From Takakia lepidozioides (lineage: Eukaryota > Plantae > Bryophyta), in assembly GCA_030704615.1 (NCBI GenBank), contig CM060734.1, positions 2,914,001-2,978,000 of the forward strand: a stretch of DNA of 64,000 nt, written 5' to 3'. The translations under genes and the position numbers were made by a program. The notes below the pieces were generated by a model, which was not told the origin of the DNA, did not search any database, and saw only the letters and a list, made by a program, of their open reading frames with translations. Below are positions 1-12,959 of this stretch, one piece after another. Every line of letters starts with the position of its first letter. Within the stretch, counting starts at the first letter, position 1.

Positions 1-200
1 TTAAATGAAATGACCTCCCATATTGGCGGTCGCCCGTAATTTATTTATTTTTAAATGAAGCGACCGCCCAAATTGGCGGTCGCCCGTAATTTATTTATTT
101 ATAAATGAAGCGACCGCCCATATTGGCGTTCGCCCGTAATTTATTTATTTTTAAATGAAGCGACCGCCCATATTGGCGGTCGCTTGTATTTTATTACATT
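1..200. repeat. Tandem array of 4 x 50-bp units, each with an internal hairpin; probably TE subterminal or internal repeats
   Basis: Unit ttaaatgaagcgaccgcccatattggcggtcgcccgtaatttatttattt starts at 1, 51, 101 and 151. Each contains the inverted repeat gcgaccgcc-N6-ggcggtcgc. The array may continue left of the window. Confidence 0.9.
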
Positions 201-846
201 TTAAAATAAGCGGTCGCGTGTTTTTTCTTTTCTTAGAAATCCTAGGACCCGCCGTGTGGCGTTTTGTTTTTTATTTTTAATCATGAAGCGGCGCCTCGGC
301 CAGCCACGTGGCGAGGTGCCACGGGTCAGGAAAAACGAAACAAATGGGATGGGGGAGGTGGTTTTGAACCCTTGACCTCTCCTATGTGGGTGCGCGTGGC
401 GAGGTGCGACTGGCCAGTCGCGCCGCGCTGACATGTGGCGAGGCGCCACTGGCCTGTCGCGCCTTTTCAAGCATAATGCCATTTTTATTTTTTGGGGGAG
501 GGAGGGGGCTGGTGGGCGCCTATATAAACCATTCCCCCCTCCTTTTCTGATCACTTTTGCCCCTCTTGTGGTGTGGTTCCTTGGCAACCTGTAGTCCTTT
601 CGGACTTCGTTATTTGGCACTGCCAACAAGAGGTGCAAAGGTGATTATTTGGGGGGGAGGTTTTGTCGGTTTTCTATTGGTCAGTCCCACACACTTGTTC
701 ACGGTACAATCATCGTATCACCATTTTGCCGTTTCCGGATCTCCGGCGGCTTGGTTTTTTGCAAAAAACTACGAAGACACCATCCACACGCGTTTATTGT
801 CATTTTTCTGAGGTTTTGGACCCTGTAGTGTGCAAAGATTTATACA

Positions 847-2063
847 ATGTCGGGGGTTGTGAATTCAAGTTCTGGGGCGGGATCGTCTGGGGGGCGGAGG
901 AAGAGAAAACTTGCCCACGAGCCGGATAGCCAGATCAATAAGCCAGACTACCCGGGACCGGATGCCTTGGATAGGATGAAAGAAGTGGTAGCGGATTATT
1001 TCAAGGGTAGGGACATGATGAGGCTGGAGAGTGCTTATGTTAGGCATGGATGGGAAGGGTTTCAGATTTTCCAGCAAAATATGGAGAGGAAAATGACAAA
1101 CGCTTTGGCGGGGGCGGACAGGGACAAGCCAAAGTTCAATCGGTGGATCCAAAGCAGGGCGAAAGACACCACGTGGAATTTGAGGCAGCTAATGAAGACA
1201 TGGAAGGGTAGAACAACCGAGGGTAGAACAACCGAGGGTCGAGTGCCCTCCGCCGAAGCCGAGTTAATGCGGCGTGTTGAGTATTGGGCTTGCTCGGCAA
1301 GTCAGAATTCACATCGCCGGACTAGGGTTGTCCATTGGAAGGCGGGGTCATCGGGCGGGGGATGCACAACTGGTCTTTATTACCTGAACTCTAGTGCGAA
1401 GGTGGTAGAGATTGGCCCTTACAAAGAAGGAGGGTATGCTAAGGTCCGTCACTGTAGGATTGTTGGCGATTCTAGAATACCGGAGCGTTGGGAGCTAGCG
1501 GGAAAAAAACCCAAGTCCAAAAATCCAGAAAATGCGTTGAGACAACATAACGACGAGTGTTTGGCAGTGAAGTTCTAGCATCCGGGTGTTATCTCGTATT
1601 TTGCTATGAATGCACATGAGGTAGAGGGTTACACTTGCTGGTGGAATGGGAGGACAATACGCGACATGATGAACCTTGACAGAAAATGGGGCAACGATTC
1701 GGACAACAGGGTGATTTTGGAACAAGGGGAACGGAAGCAGAGTTCCAGGAATGCGATCGCTTGCTTCGTTTCCGGAAAGTGTGCAGTAAACTTGCATGGG
1801 CACTGGTGTACATCATGGATGATGTCCACAAGAACGGTATCATGCACAACGACTTGTCCCCCGACAACATCTTGTTGCATTTTCCAGATGGCACCGATGA
1901 GATCAAGATTGGGGTGTGTGATTGGGGCTTAGCCACCCCATTGGGCATACGCAAAGCCTTGTCGTACCAGTTTGAATACCAAGACAAGCTGGACCGGGAA
2001 CTCGCGAAAAGATGGTGGGTGGAAAAAAGATATTGCATCGGTCCTTTGCCGTTGGGAAGATAG
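847..2063 (+). pseudogene. Disrupted Ser/Thr protein kinase-like gene
   Basis: Gly-loop-like EGGYAKV and AGKK in ORF 847-1578, stop at 1576-1578 followed in frame by HPGVISYF, then a frameshift into ORF 1686-2063 with the catalytic loop IMHNDLSPDNILL and the DFG-like VCDWGLA. Confidence 0.8.
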
Positions 2064-2129
2064 CGGTACGAATAAATGGCGGCGTTCATTATGATCAGAG
2101 TATGTTCCAGGACCAATTTACGGGAGGTT

Positions 2130-2681
2130 GTTGGCATTCAATGCTACAAAGGTTGTACGACAACAACAAGAATGAGAGAGTCACATTAGCCCATGTAGTA
2201 CTTCTGCACACGAAGTTGGTTGCAGTGTGTCCCGAGTTTGCAAAGGACAGTGAGGCATGTCGAGAAAAGTGACAGACTATTTACAAAGACTACAAGGAGG
2301 ATAAAGCTCTCAATGGAAGTTGTGGAAATGACAGGTCTGATAAGTGCAAATGGTTCGATTTGATAGATCAATATATGCACGATCAAGCCAATGTCGTTAC
2401 TCATGCACACGGATGTGCTCATGAGCCAGAGGTTTGAATGCCACTGTGGTATTTGATGAGGTAACAGTGAAGATGGAAGATAGTAACAAAGTCAATTATG
2501 ATAAATTGTATGAGAGAAGTCTGAGAAGAAGAAAAAAGAGGACCAGCTCCTACTTGGTTTGAACGAGGTCCGTGAAAGCGGTAGGAAAATGAGAGAAACT
2601 ATGAAAGCTACCGAGGATGCGAAACTAGAATTACTTAGAGATATGCACGGTACTATGGCTAAACTAGCAGAAAAGCTGTGA
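2130..2681 (+). pseudogene. Myb/SANT (trihelix)-like DNA-binding protein, second ORF of a PIF/Harbinger element
   Basis: Translates as KDSEACREK*QTIYKDYKEDK...KCKWFDLIDQYMHD followed by a coiled-coil-like C-terminus (KLELLRDMHGTMAKLAEKL*). It is convergent with the Harbinger transposase. Confidence 0.6.
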
Positions 2682-2779
2682 TAGCAAACGGCTCACACAA
2701 TTTCACTCATGCTATTCTATCAATTTCCTCTTCTTGGCATTAAACAATGACTTTGCAATACTATTCCTCCTCTTAGCCA

Positions 2780-3790
2780 ATTGTTTGGGTGTCTTGCCAT
2801 GATTTTGCATTTTCACTTGAAATATGTCGTTCGCGGAAATTTTCCTCAATCGCTCCACATAATCTGCCACATTTCTATGAACTCCTTGAAGATCATCCCT
2901 CTCCTTTGTGGTTTGTCGTAGTAGGGTTCAATTTTGTAGGGAGTCAGGCACTTCCTCTTCAGCCTCCGTAATCCACTGCTGTTCAAAAAAGTCTCCATGT
3001 AATGTACATATGTTGTGCAGAATTATGCATGCTGCTACAAAGTCAGGGACATGCTGGAATGAGATATCCATTCTTTTCATTAATAATCGCCAATGCCCTT
3101 TCAATAAACCAAAGCTTCTTTCCACACACATGCGGATTGAGCTTTGTACATAATTCCAGAAGTATTTCTCTTGGGTAAGCCCATCCTTATGTCCTTTGAA
3201 GGGTGAAAACATCCAAGGACGAGCTGGATAATCTGCATCCCCTACCAATGCATAAGGTGTGAGACGTCCAGCTTCACAAAATTGCCCTATGGCCAAACGG
3301 GACCAGAGATTCACATCGTGCATGCTACCTGCCGTAATCCCAGAACACACATTTGCTAGTAACAACACCCTGTAGCAACACGCTATAAAATCCTTTTTTA
3401 TTGTAATAATCAACTGCGTGCAATTGAGGAGCAATAATTGGTATATGTGATCCATCGATGGCGCCTACAACAAAAGGTATACCATGTAATCTCTCAAAGT
3501 CAGTAGCTATTTTCTTTCATAGCCGAAGTGGAAGGCCGCTTCACATTTTTTTTTTTTAAAGACTGTTTCATAGCATGCACAAAATCTACACATATCTTCT
3601 GAGAAGTTGATACTCCCACACCATATAGATCAGCAATCATTTGTATTCCATTTCCGGTAGCTAAGCGTGAAATGACAAGTGCTACTCTAGTTTCAAGTGG
3701 AATAGCAGCTCACATGTTAGTATCTAGACGATTCAAATAAGGAGCAACTTCCGAACAAATAAAATCAAATGTTCTCCTTTACATTCTCAT
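2780..3790 (-). mobile_element. PIF/Harbinger transposase (DDE_Tnp_4-like), frameshifted and 5'-truncated
   Basis: Motifs VVGAIDGSH (~3445-3472), GSMHD, LVGDADYP, RMCVERSFGLLKGHWRLL and VAACIILHNIC. The upstream HTH region reads IPLETRVALVISRLATG...IADLYGVGVST. Confidence 0.9.
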
Positions 3791-5612
3791 CCTGGCCTTA
3801 AATTTCTCTCTTGTAAGGCCCAAGCCTACAATTGCCGCTCTCCCCAACATCAATGGTTGAGTTCCCGAGTCCAACAAGACTCGTAGTGGCCTATACCTCC
3901 TCCCGGTTGGGCCACCCAACTGAAACACTCTATCCTGATTGTCCACCACGACTACCCCAGGAGTCATCATTTTGCGCTCAATGGCTGGCCTAGCTGGCAA
4001 CTCCTGCAACCGTGCAGCTGCCGCTTGCCATGGCGCAACTGTGGCTAACTTCACTCTTGAATCTAAGGCATCCATAGACTGCACCTTATCTACTATCCCT
4101 GCAGATAGTGCCAATGCATCACCACTCTCACAGAGTCTAGCTGCTAGTCTAAACACAGCAGCTGGCCGAATCCCCGGCATTGCAATGGTCATTGCAGAAA
4201 ACAATGGAGCTTGGCAAACCGCCGTAGCCCCCCCCAATAATGTACTGGCTGCACCTTGTTTTGCAGCACCACCCATTGGCATTTCCTGAGCCACACAAAC
4301 TCTCCCCAATGACACTCGTGGCTCTACCTCTGACACACTTGGGCGAGCGGGTGCCATTGATGATGTAGTTGGCACTGTCTCAGCCAATATAAAGGACCGT
4401 GGAAGCCTTGTCTGACGACTTGCTTCCCCCCTTTGTGGATCAAAATCCACATCTGCTCCTATTGGCTCAGGAGCACACGTTGCTGCTCAAGTGACAGCAA
4501 CACCAGAGTCCAGTACATGCAATGGCCCTGCAAGTGCGGCTCCACACATGAAGCCCATACCAATTTGGTCTTCCCTAGGCATAGGAGGTTGTGCAGGGGG
4601 AGCTTGAACCTCAGGCCCTTGTAACAGTGAGTAGGCCATGGCAGCAAGACTTGCTCTAGCTAGGCAAGTCTATCCACCATGCCTTGGTCATGATCTTGAC
4701 CCTGACCATGTGCTCCATGGTACGACCCCCACCACGACCTCTGCCTCATCTACCTCTCTGGACTACATTGCCTCGTCTTGGGCCACCATTGTTCCCTTGG
4801 AACTGGCCTGGTCGTAGCTCAGGATGCAAGTCATAACAGTGGGCCTCCTCATGCCCGTAGTTGCCACAATGCCCACATTATAATTGGGGCTGTGTGCTGT
4901 GTCGGCCCTTTGCCTCTCTCCGGGCAATCCTTCTTGACATGAGGTCCTCCACAATCCCAACATGACACACTCGTCTGTTGCTGGCCTGAGAATGAAGGAA
5001 GAGACCTTTGCATCTGAGATCCTCTCTCATGACCTTCCCTGGGCTTCGTATGAGCCCCCTTGTTGCCTTGAGCACGTTGGGGAGTTGGTTGTTGTTGGCT
5101 AAGAGCCCCACTTCGTTGTGTCTCTTGCCAAACCCCACTATAACCACCCGCTCCTCCACCATGTTGAGCTCTATCCGCTCGGCTAGCAAGAACACATTTG
5201 CTAGGGTGGGTTGGGCCACTTGTAGGAGAGTTGCATCCCGCACCCTTCTCCTCAGTTCCTTGTCCAATATGCCATACTAGAATTGAACTGCTTGAACCCC
5301 TTGGGTTACAGTTATCAAGCGCCTCATGCAAGTGTAAGCCTCCCTCAAACTCTCAGTAGGCTTTCGTTGGAACTCTTGCAAGCTCCACAACTTCTCTGTT
5401 CTCACCCCCTGGTAGTTCCTTCTCACCGCTTGGAAGAACTCCACAATCGGGTTGAAGGCAGGCACAGGTGTTGGTGCAACGGCAGGAGCTGCAATGGATG
5501 TCCCAGCTGACCCTGACTCACTTGTTCCACTGCTACTTGCAGCCGTGCTGTGTAGCGTTGTTGCCGTGGATCTTGCTGTTGCGCCTCTAGTGATAGAGAC
5601 ATAGTCAGGTGA
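3791..5612 (-). mobile_element. LTR retrotransposon (Ty3/gypsy-like) gag-protease remnant
   Basis: Gag-like LQEFQRKPTESLREAY, zinc knuckle CWDCGGPHVKKDC and aspartic protease VLLDSGTQP. Multiple frameshifts; abuts and truncates the Harbinger transposase. Confidence 0.75.
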
Positions 5613-5639
5613 CCAATATTGTCGTTACTCCTCAATCTC

Positions 5640-6333
5640 CGTTGTAATAGGGAGGTCGTGCAACTATTTGAAGGAATGCAAAAGAACGGCTTGAAGCCGA
5701 GCAATATCACCTTTATATGTGTTCTCTCTGCATGCAACCACGCTGGACTGCTGAATGAAGGAAGAAGCTACTTTGATTCCCTGAGTCAAGATCATGGTGT
5801 CACTCCGACAGTAAAGCACTTTGGCTGCATGGTGGACCTTCTTGGACATGAGGGACAGCCGGATGAGGCAGTGGACATGATTAATAAAATGCCCATAAAT
5901 CCTGTGTGTGTGCCTTGCTTGGTGCCTGCAAAATCCATGGCAATGTGGAGATGGCTGAACGTGCAGCAACATCTATCCTCATGTGGGCTGAACAGGATGC
6001 CGCGACTTATGTGTTGCTCTCAAATATCTATGCTGCAGCCGGTAGGTGGGATGATACTGCAAAGGTGAGAAGAATAATGAAGGTCAAAGGGGTTAGAAAC
6101 GAGCCACGTTGCTGCTGCATTGAGGTTGGCAACATGGTATACAGCTTTGTTGTAGATGACAAGTTGCATCCCAGAATTAAAGAAATCCATGCTGAGTTGA
6201 GAAGATTGGCTGGGAAGATGAATGAGGCGGGGTATGTGCCTGACAGGCGCTTTATATTGCATGATGTGGGGGAGGAGGAAATTTTTTTTCTCTTTGCCAC
6301 CACAGTGAGAAGCTGGCCATTGGTTTTGGCATA
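5640..6333 (+). pseudogene. PLS-class PPR protein C-terminal fragment (last repeats, E, E+, start of DYW deaminase domain)
   Basis: ITFICVLSACNHAGLLNEG, HFGCMVDLLG, ALLGACKIHGNVEMAE, YVLLSNIYAAAGRW, PG-box-like EPRCCCIEV, AGYVPD, then a frameshifted CHHSEKLAIGFG at ~6295-6330 where it stops. Confidence 0.92.
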
Positions 6334-6431
6334 TCCACGGGGAATGATAGTGGGGTCTACCCAGTATAGATGGGAAGTCAGCCCATAATTGCACTTGACT
6401 GAAGGGGTGATATTGGACGCAAGTTTGGCCG

Positions 6432-6705
6432 ATGGCAACGCAGGGGAGCCTACGTTGGGCCTTAATGTCAGCAAGGGTGTTGGACCCTGGAACAAGGGTC
6501 ATATGTGACGGAGATCCCGATGTGTTCGGGAATGTTGCAGGGTTCATCAATAGTTCAATTGGTAACCCTAAAATGACCAATGTACTGTGGGATGAGCGAC
6601 ATGACGGGGATGTTAGGCTAGCACAATAGATATCAATTTGTTATGACATGTGCATGTACTACGATTCCCGCCGGTTGAGAGTTGTTCGCCTCTTATGAGT
6701 TCTCT
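6432..6705 (+). pseudogene. SET-domain-like fragment
   Basis: DGDPDVFGNVAGFINSS...TNV resembles the SET GNxxRFINHSCxPN motif. After a frameshift at ~6630, FVMTCACTTIPAG*ELFASY resembles AxxDIxxGEELxxxY. Confidence 0.6.
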
Positions 6706-7109
6706 GATAAGGCTTGGGATGAGAGAGTCCATCGGGAGTGGAGCGAGTTTGACAAACGTTACAAACGTCACTCCCGCGGCCGCCGAGGAAACTTGTAGTA
6801 GGGAATGGTGATTAGTCATGTACACATATCATGGCCCCTATTGTGGCACCGGTAGAGATTGGTGATTAGGGTTTAGGTTTTAGGCTGAATGTTCCAATGT
6901 ACATATATTTTTTGGATGCAAATGGAGCAATTCCCAACCATTGTATATTAAATGAATTGTGAATGTATTTATAGATCCAAGTACAAGAGCAAATGAGGTC
7001 AGCGAACCCTCCAAGGGGCACGCAGGCCGAACAACAATACTGGTATTGGCCGCGGAGAACAAGGCCCAGACGACCATATTGCCCAAGACGGTGACGAGGT
7101 GAACACAAT

Positions 7110-10100
7110 ATGGACACTGACGATGTGAGAGCCATGGAGGATTTGTTAATGAACCACTTGGGGGAGGGACAACAAATTGGGGAGGATATGGCTCGCCCGG
7201 CCACATTGGATGAAGATGCCGACCCAAATCCAATGGAAGCCGAGGCAAAAACACCCTTGTATAAAGGAGCAAATGTGAGTCGACTTTCCACTATATTGTT
7301 GTTGCTTAATTTGCAATCCCGGTTTGGCATAAGCAACATTGGCATGTCCGCAATCATGCGCACAATTGCGGACCACATCCTCGCCCCCCATTTGGAGCAT
7401 AAAATGCCACATTCTCGAAAAAAGAGGCAAGACAGGTTCTAGACACAGTGGGGATGGGCTACAAAATTTTCCATGCATGTCCTTGTGATTGCACCTTGCA
7501 AAAAATCTAGATACCGAGATGATGTTCAAGGAAAGAAGATCCCACGAAAGGTACATTTCTCTTATATTCTCTTTCCTACCATTTATATTTATATACATAT
7601 ATACATGTGTCCACCAACTCATATATCATTTTAGGGTGTAGGGTTTAAGAGGTTGTATCATTCCGATATTATTAGGGTATGCATATAGGTTATATGAATC
7701 CTTCAACTAATGTAGACTTTACAAAATATCTACATACAAACCTTTGCAAATATATACCCCTCTCTTACGTACAATATGTGAATCCAAATGACAGAAAGTA
7801 AATATTGATATATGTTGATATTGATATATATGTTGTGTTTGTGGGGGAGGTTAGAAAATGCATTGTTTTCCAGTCATCCCGCGCTTGAAAGCACAATTTC
7901 GGAGTCCATCATTTGCCCAACTCATGAAGTGGCATGCGGAGCATCGGAGCCCTCCCGGAAAGATGTGCGGCCCTCATGATTCGCCGGCATGGAAACACAC
8001 CGAGGAACAATGGCTTTTTTTTAAGGACGATCCAAGACATGTTCGGCTCGGCTTCTCCGCGGATGGTGTAAACCCACATTCAGTCCAGTCAAGTAGCCAT
8101 TCAACATGGCATGTGACTTTGGTTAACTACAACATCCCTCCTTATCTTGCTATCAAGAAGGGTCATATCATGTTGGCTGCCATTGTGCCAGGTGAATAAC
8201 ACAACTGTTTTTTGTTGCTTTAGGATGTACATGGTAGTACAATGTTGAATATATATGGAACTAAGAATATCATTTGTTCTGTTTGAATTTGAAACGATCT
8301 TATATACATTGCAAATAATTTGTGTTGTAGGGAAAAAACAAGTTGCGAATATGGATGTGTATCTGCGTCCATTGGTTGACGAACTCAATATATTATGGAA
8401 TGGAGTTCCAGCTTATGATGCATCGGCAGCCACTGGCCAACGTTCTTTTCTCTTGCGAGGGCTTTTGCTATGGACAATGCACGACTATATTACCTATAAT
8501 ATATATATTCTACCGTATATCATATGTTTGTATGTGCTCGTCATGATTTTTCTTTAGCAATTCATGTTTCTGCTCGGTTCATTGAAATTATACGAGGCGA
8601 CGAATGTTAAATCCCAACTAAATTCATGGTTTTGTGCAAGGCTTTCAGTTTGTTCGAGACTAAGCACAAAGGGGTACGCAACATGTTCATGTTGTGGGCC
8701 GGATAACCTTGATGCAAAGCATTCGAAGAACGTCACGAAAATGATCTATCCCAACTACCGGAAATTTCTTCCTCTCAACCATCCATGGAGAACGAGAGAC
8801 AAGAAATTATTTGATGGGACCGTGGAGAGGAGACCTCCACCCATGCGTCCCCCTGGGTCATTTTGGAAAGCCCGGTGGCAAGAGGTGTTGGATAAAAAAC
8901 GCCGGCTCAAGAGGTGTGGCATGTCCCGGCTCTCAATCTTCTACGAGTTGCCTTATTGGGAGATACAAGTCCGAAATGCATTGGACCATACATATTTCAT
9001 TGAATGTCATGACATATTCATATGAAATTGCACCGAGTTCAGGGTTTATGACAAATTATATGGAAATTTCATGATGTGCAGGATCTGAAAATCCGGATCC
9101 CATGCATATTGAGAAGAATGTGTGCTCATCACTTATTCGTGTACTGGCAAACTTAACCGGGGGGAAAAAACCGCGGCGGTGATTCCCTTGGTGTGAGGCG
9201 AGAGCTCCAAGCCCAAAACCCGTATGCCACGACTATGGCCTGAAGCTGATGGTGTGGACGTGAAACAATGCTCCCAAGTGGAAGTATAGGGCGCCAACTT
9301 GGACTTGGACAAAGGAGGAATACAAGCAAGTGCGGACCACAATACGAGCTATCCGGACCTCGACCGGGTATGACACATCTCTACGCAACAAATTTGAGGA
9401 TGCCACCACTATCCATGGTTTGAAATCTCATGACTACCACAACATTTTGCAAGACATCCTTCCCATTGCAATACGTGGGACACTCCATGAGGGCATTCGA
9501 AAAGCCGTCTATCGACTTGCTGATTTATTCAGTTGGCTTTCTACAAAAGAGATGGACGAGGCGGATTTTCCACGAATGAAGGAGGAGGTGGCTACGGTCT
9601 TGTGTATGTTGGAGATGCATCTTCCCCCTAATTTCTTTGACATCCAAGTGTATTTGGTAGTGCACTTGGTGGAAGAGGCGGAGATTGCCGGACCGGTCCA
9701 TGCTCGGTGGATGTACTTTCTAAAGCGTTACATGAAGGAGGTCAAGGCACACGTGCGGCAAAAGGCACATCCTGAGGGTAGCATGGCGGAGGGTACACAT
9801 TGCAAGAGGCTATGGTGTTATGTATGGAGTACATGAGAAGGGTGGACAAAGAGGCCCCTCCAATGTGGAAGGAAAAGGATGATGTGCGGAACAAGGACAT
9901 GGTTTTGCCCAAAAAATCAAGGAGGGTGAAACTATCGAACACCGAGGTGGAGCAAGCACATGACTTTGTATTGAAGAACACCCCTTGCATAGTGGAGTGG
10001 GAGGCAAAACATGCGGATGAGAATGCACGGCGGTTGGAAGCAAGTACAATTTGGAGACGCACATGTGCGAGGGAATTGTGAGCCTCACAAGGACGGCGCG

Positions 10101-11183
10101 GATCCAGGAGCTCGGCCCCATCGGGGGCGTGTGATTTGCCCACGGAGATGCAGCCATTGAGACCATTTTGCCATTGGCTCCGGAGTGGAGTTGAGGCTGC
10201 GATGGCCGCGGGCGAGGTGGTGCCGCCTTTAGTGCAAGAGCTTGCGAGAGGGCCATCTCAATATGCCATTTCATTCTCCTCAATTTGGATTCATGGTCGT
10301 CATTTCCGCATCCGTTCTCTTGACATGCGTCGGAAGACCACATTTGACTCCGGTTTGTGTGCAACATATTGGCAAGACTCCGTGTCAAGCACCAGGGACA
10401 TTCGACCCGAGAGAAGCAAGCTTGAATATATTGGGGAGCTTGATGTCATTTTGCAACTCGAGTATGATCACCATCGCCCTATTCTTTTCAAGGGGAGGTG
10501 GTTCCAACCCCACATTGCAGGCCCAAATGCAACCCTCTTGCCTGACGAGTGTGGCTTTATGCGGGTCAACACTTCCAGGATCACGCCCTCTACACGCATC
10601 TCCAATGAACCATTTGCATGGCTGAAGGACATGGAACAAGTATTTTTTTCCGAAGACAAGACTAGATCGGGCAATTGGAAGGTGGTTGTGCATGCTAGGC
10701 CAAGAGGGAGACGCATTTACCATGGCGAGGGATCAAACCGTTGGGGGTGGTGATGAGGCCGAAGTGGCCGAAGCGACCGAGGTGGACGAGGTGGCCGAGG
10801 TGGACGATGCGGATGCGGATAGGGGAGATGATGCTTCATGGATAGAGGCAATTGAAGACACTGCCTTGAACAATGTTGGAGGAGATCAAGTGGTTGATGC
10901 GAATATTGCGCCGGAGGAGGAGGACGACAAAGACGAGGATGATGATGAGGATAATGACGAGGATGACGATGACAATGACGATGTACAAGAAGAGAAAGAT
11001 CCAATTGTGCCGCCTCCTATTGACCCTCCGGTCGTGCAAGAGCCATATGAATATATGGATGATGATTCGGCTTCTGATCATGACTCTCTTGAGAGGGGTC
11101 AATATAGTGACTTTGATGAGGACAATAGACAGGAGTTGGAGCTTGATGAGGAAGATGATGTCCCTCCAGATGACATGATGTAG
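7110..11183 (+). mobile_element. CACTA (En/Spm) TnpD-like transposase gene, intron-containing and degenerate
   Basis: Transposase_21-like VRLGFSADGVNP..STWHVTLVNYNIPP, MDVYLRPLVDEL and LLWTMHDY; DUF4218-like GLKSHDYH..FFDIQVYLVVHL..GPVHARWMY..HPEGSMAEG; DUF4216-like DECGFMRVN..EPFA..QVFFSED; acidic tail 10750-11183. Confidence 0.93.
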
Positions 11184-12959
11184 TACCCACGTGACACATT
11201 GTTACAAGGCGAACATGTCAACTACTTCGGAACCAAATTGACCAACCAAATGGATGTCTCCCACCATGATGTACAACAATTTGCCAATATGACAAGAACA
11301 GTTGCAAATTGTTGTATATCATAGTGATAGACGTCTTTTTGGTTAGTCAATATGGTTTTGAAGTACTTGCACTCCAATTTCACCGGCCTCCATTTTATCC
11401 CCATACTGTGAGGGGATGCACATGATGTTTGTGATGACATGTACTAGTACGACTATTAGGGCTGGCACCGAGCTATTTGTATCCTACGAATTCTCGCGAG
11501 ATGCTTGGGACCTCCAGATACAACATGAGTAGGATGTGTGTGACAGAACTAGGGTTGCTTTGAGACCGGGATCGCGTAGAAGGGCATTGTAGATATTCTC
11601 ATGATGCACTTTGGATACATTTGATTAACCGATTGATGTGAATATTTCTTCTTGATGCTCATCTTTTGCGACTTTGCATTGGTGATCTGAACATACTTAA
11701 GCACACGTGGACCAAAGATGAGCTTGAACCAAGTTCATTCAATGGGTCATTCAAGTGATGAACGTAACTACGTGTCGTACAGACGGAAAACAGTGTTTCG
11801 CCTGCACATGATTTTTTTTTTGTTCCATTCTCTAGCCATATGCTTAATGACAGTGTGTGCAATGTGCGTGCAAAATTTCGCAGCAAAAAGAAATCATCTG
11901 GACCCAAAACCATATTTTCTTCCCTCATTTGCACTCCAAGATTAAGTTCTCTTCAACTTCATGCATTTTATTTATTTATTTATTTTTTACGTTAAATATT
12001 GCATTTATTCCAGAATTGAGGGGAAAAAAATAAAACCCCTTTTGCACCATGAGGGCTACACATCCATGCAAAAGATTGGACAAACAAAAAAAAAAATTAA
12101 AAAAAAATTAAAAAAAATAATCTTGGGTCACTATTGCAGAACTCTCTTTGAAGAGTGCATGGCCCTTCATCAAGGTATTCTACAGACATTGGAGTCTCTC
12201 AAATATTGGCCCTTTGGATCTGCTAGTTAATTACAACAAAACAACCAAGGGCCGATCCTTTCCATGTCCGGTCTTCGAGACTCTTCGCGCTTCTACGTTA
12301 TGACACCAATGGCGTGCTAGATGTAAAAAGACATTTAGCAAGGAGACAATCAGTACCTCAGCTTTGTTGGCTATGGTGTACAAAGATCTTTTAACAGAGT
12401 CGACAAAAGCTTGGGCAAAATGTGTTACAGATTGTCACAGGACTCCAAGGCAGGCGCCAGCAATCCATGCATCATTCAGGACGACGTGGGCCTGCCATGG
12501 CGTCATTTGTCAAAGCGACGAGCAGGAACACTGTATTTGGAACGCTCTCCCCCCTCAGCGTTGGAGAGACCTCAGAGCTCCACTCCACGGCCTCGCCGGA
12601 ATTTGAGAGAGACGTGAACTGGAAACACGTCAAGCACCCCGCCACTACTTCCAGGCTAAATTTTCGTTAAGTGTAGTTGTAGATTAGCTCCTCGATAATC
12701 TCAGCTGCAGGCTTAAACTTTTGGAAGTCTCTCGGTCAGGGCTAGGTTGCTGTGAGAGGTTCGCTCTCTTTCAGCACACTGCTGCACTTTAGTAGCAGGC
12801 AATGGATCTCCCTTCACTGACTACAGTGTAGTAGTCCAAAGTCTGAATTCAAAGAACAAAATAGAGCCAAGAATAAAATCATTACGCCCTCAAATCCGCA
12901 ATCCTAGATATTCTAAATCATAATATTTATTTAAAATTCATTAAAATTCTATTTAATCA

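Noticed and set aside
10750-11183. Independent acidic protein gene
   Set aside because: Better explained as the frameshifted low-complexity C-terminal tail of the CACTA transposase.
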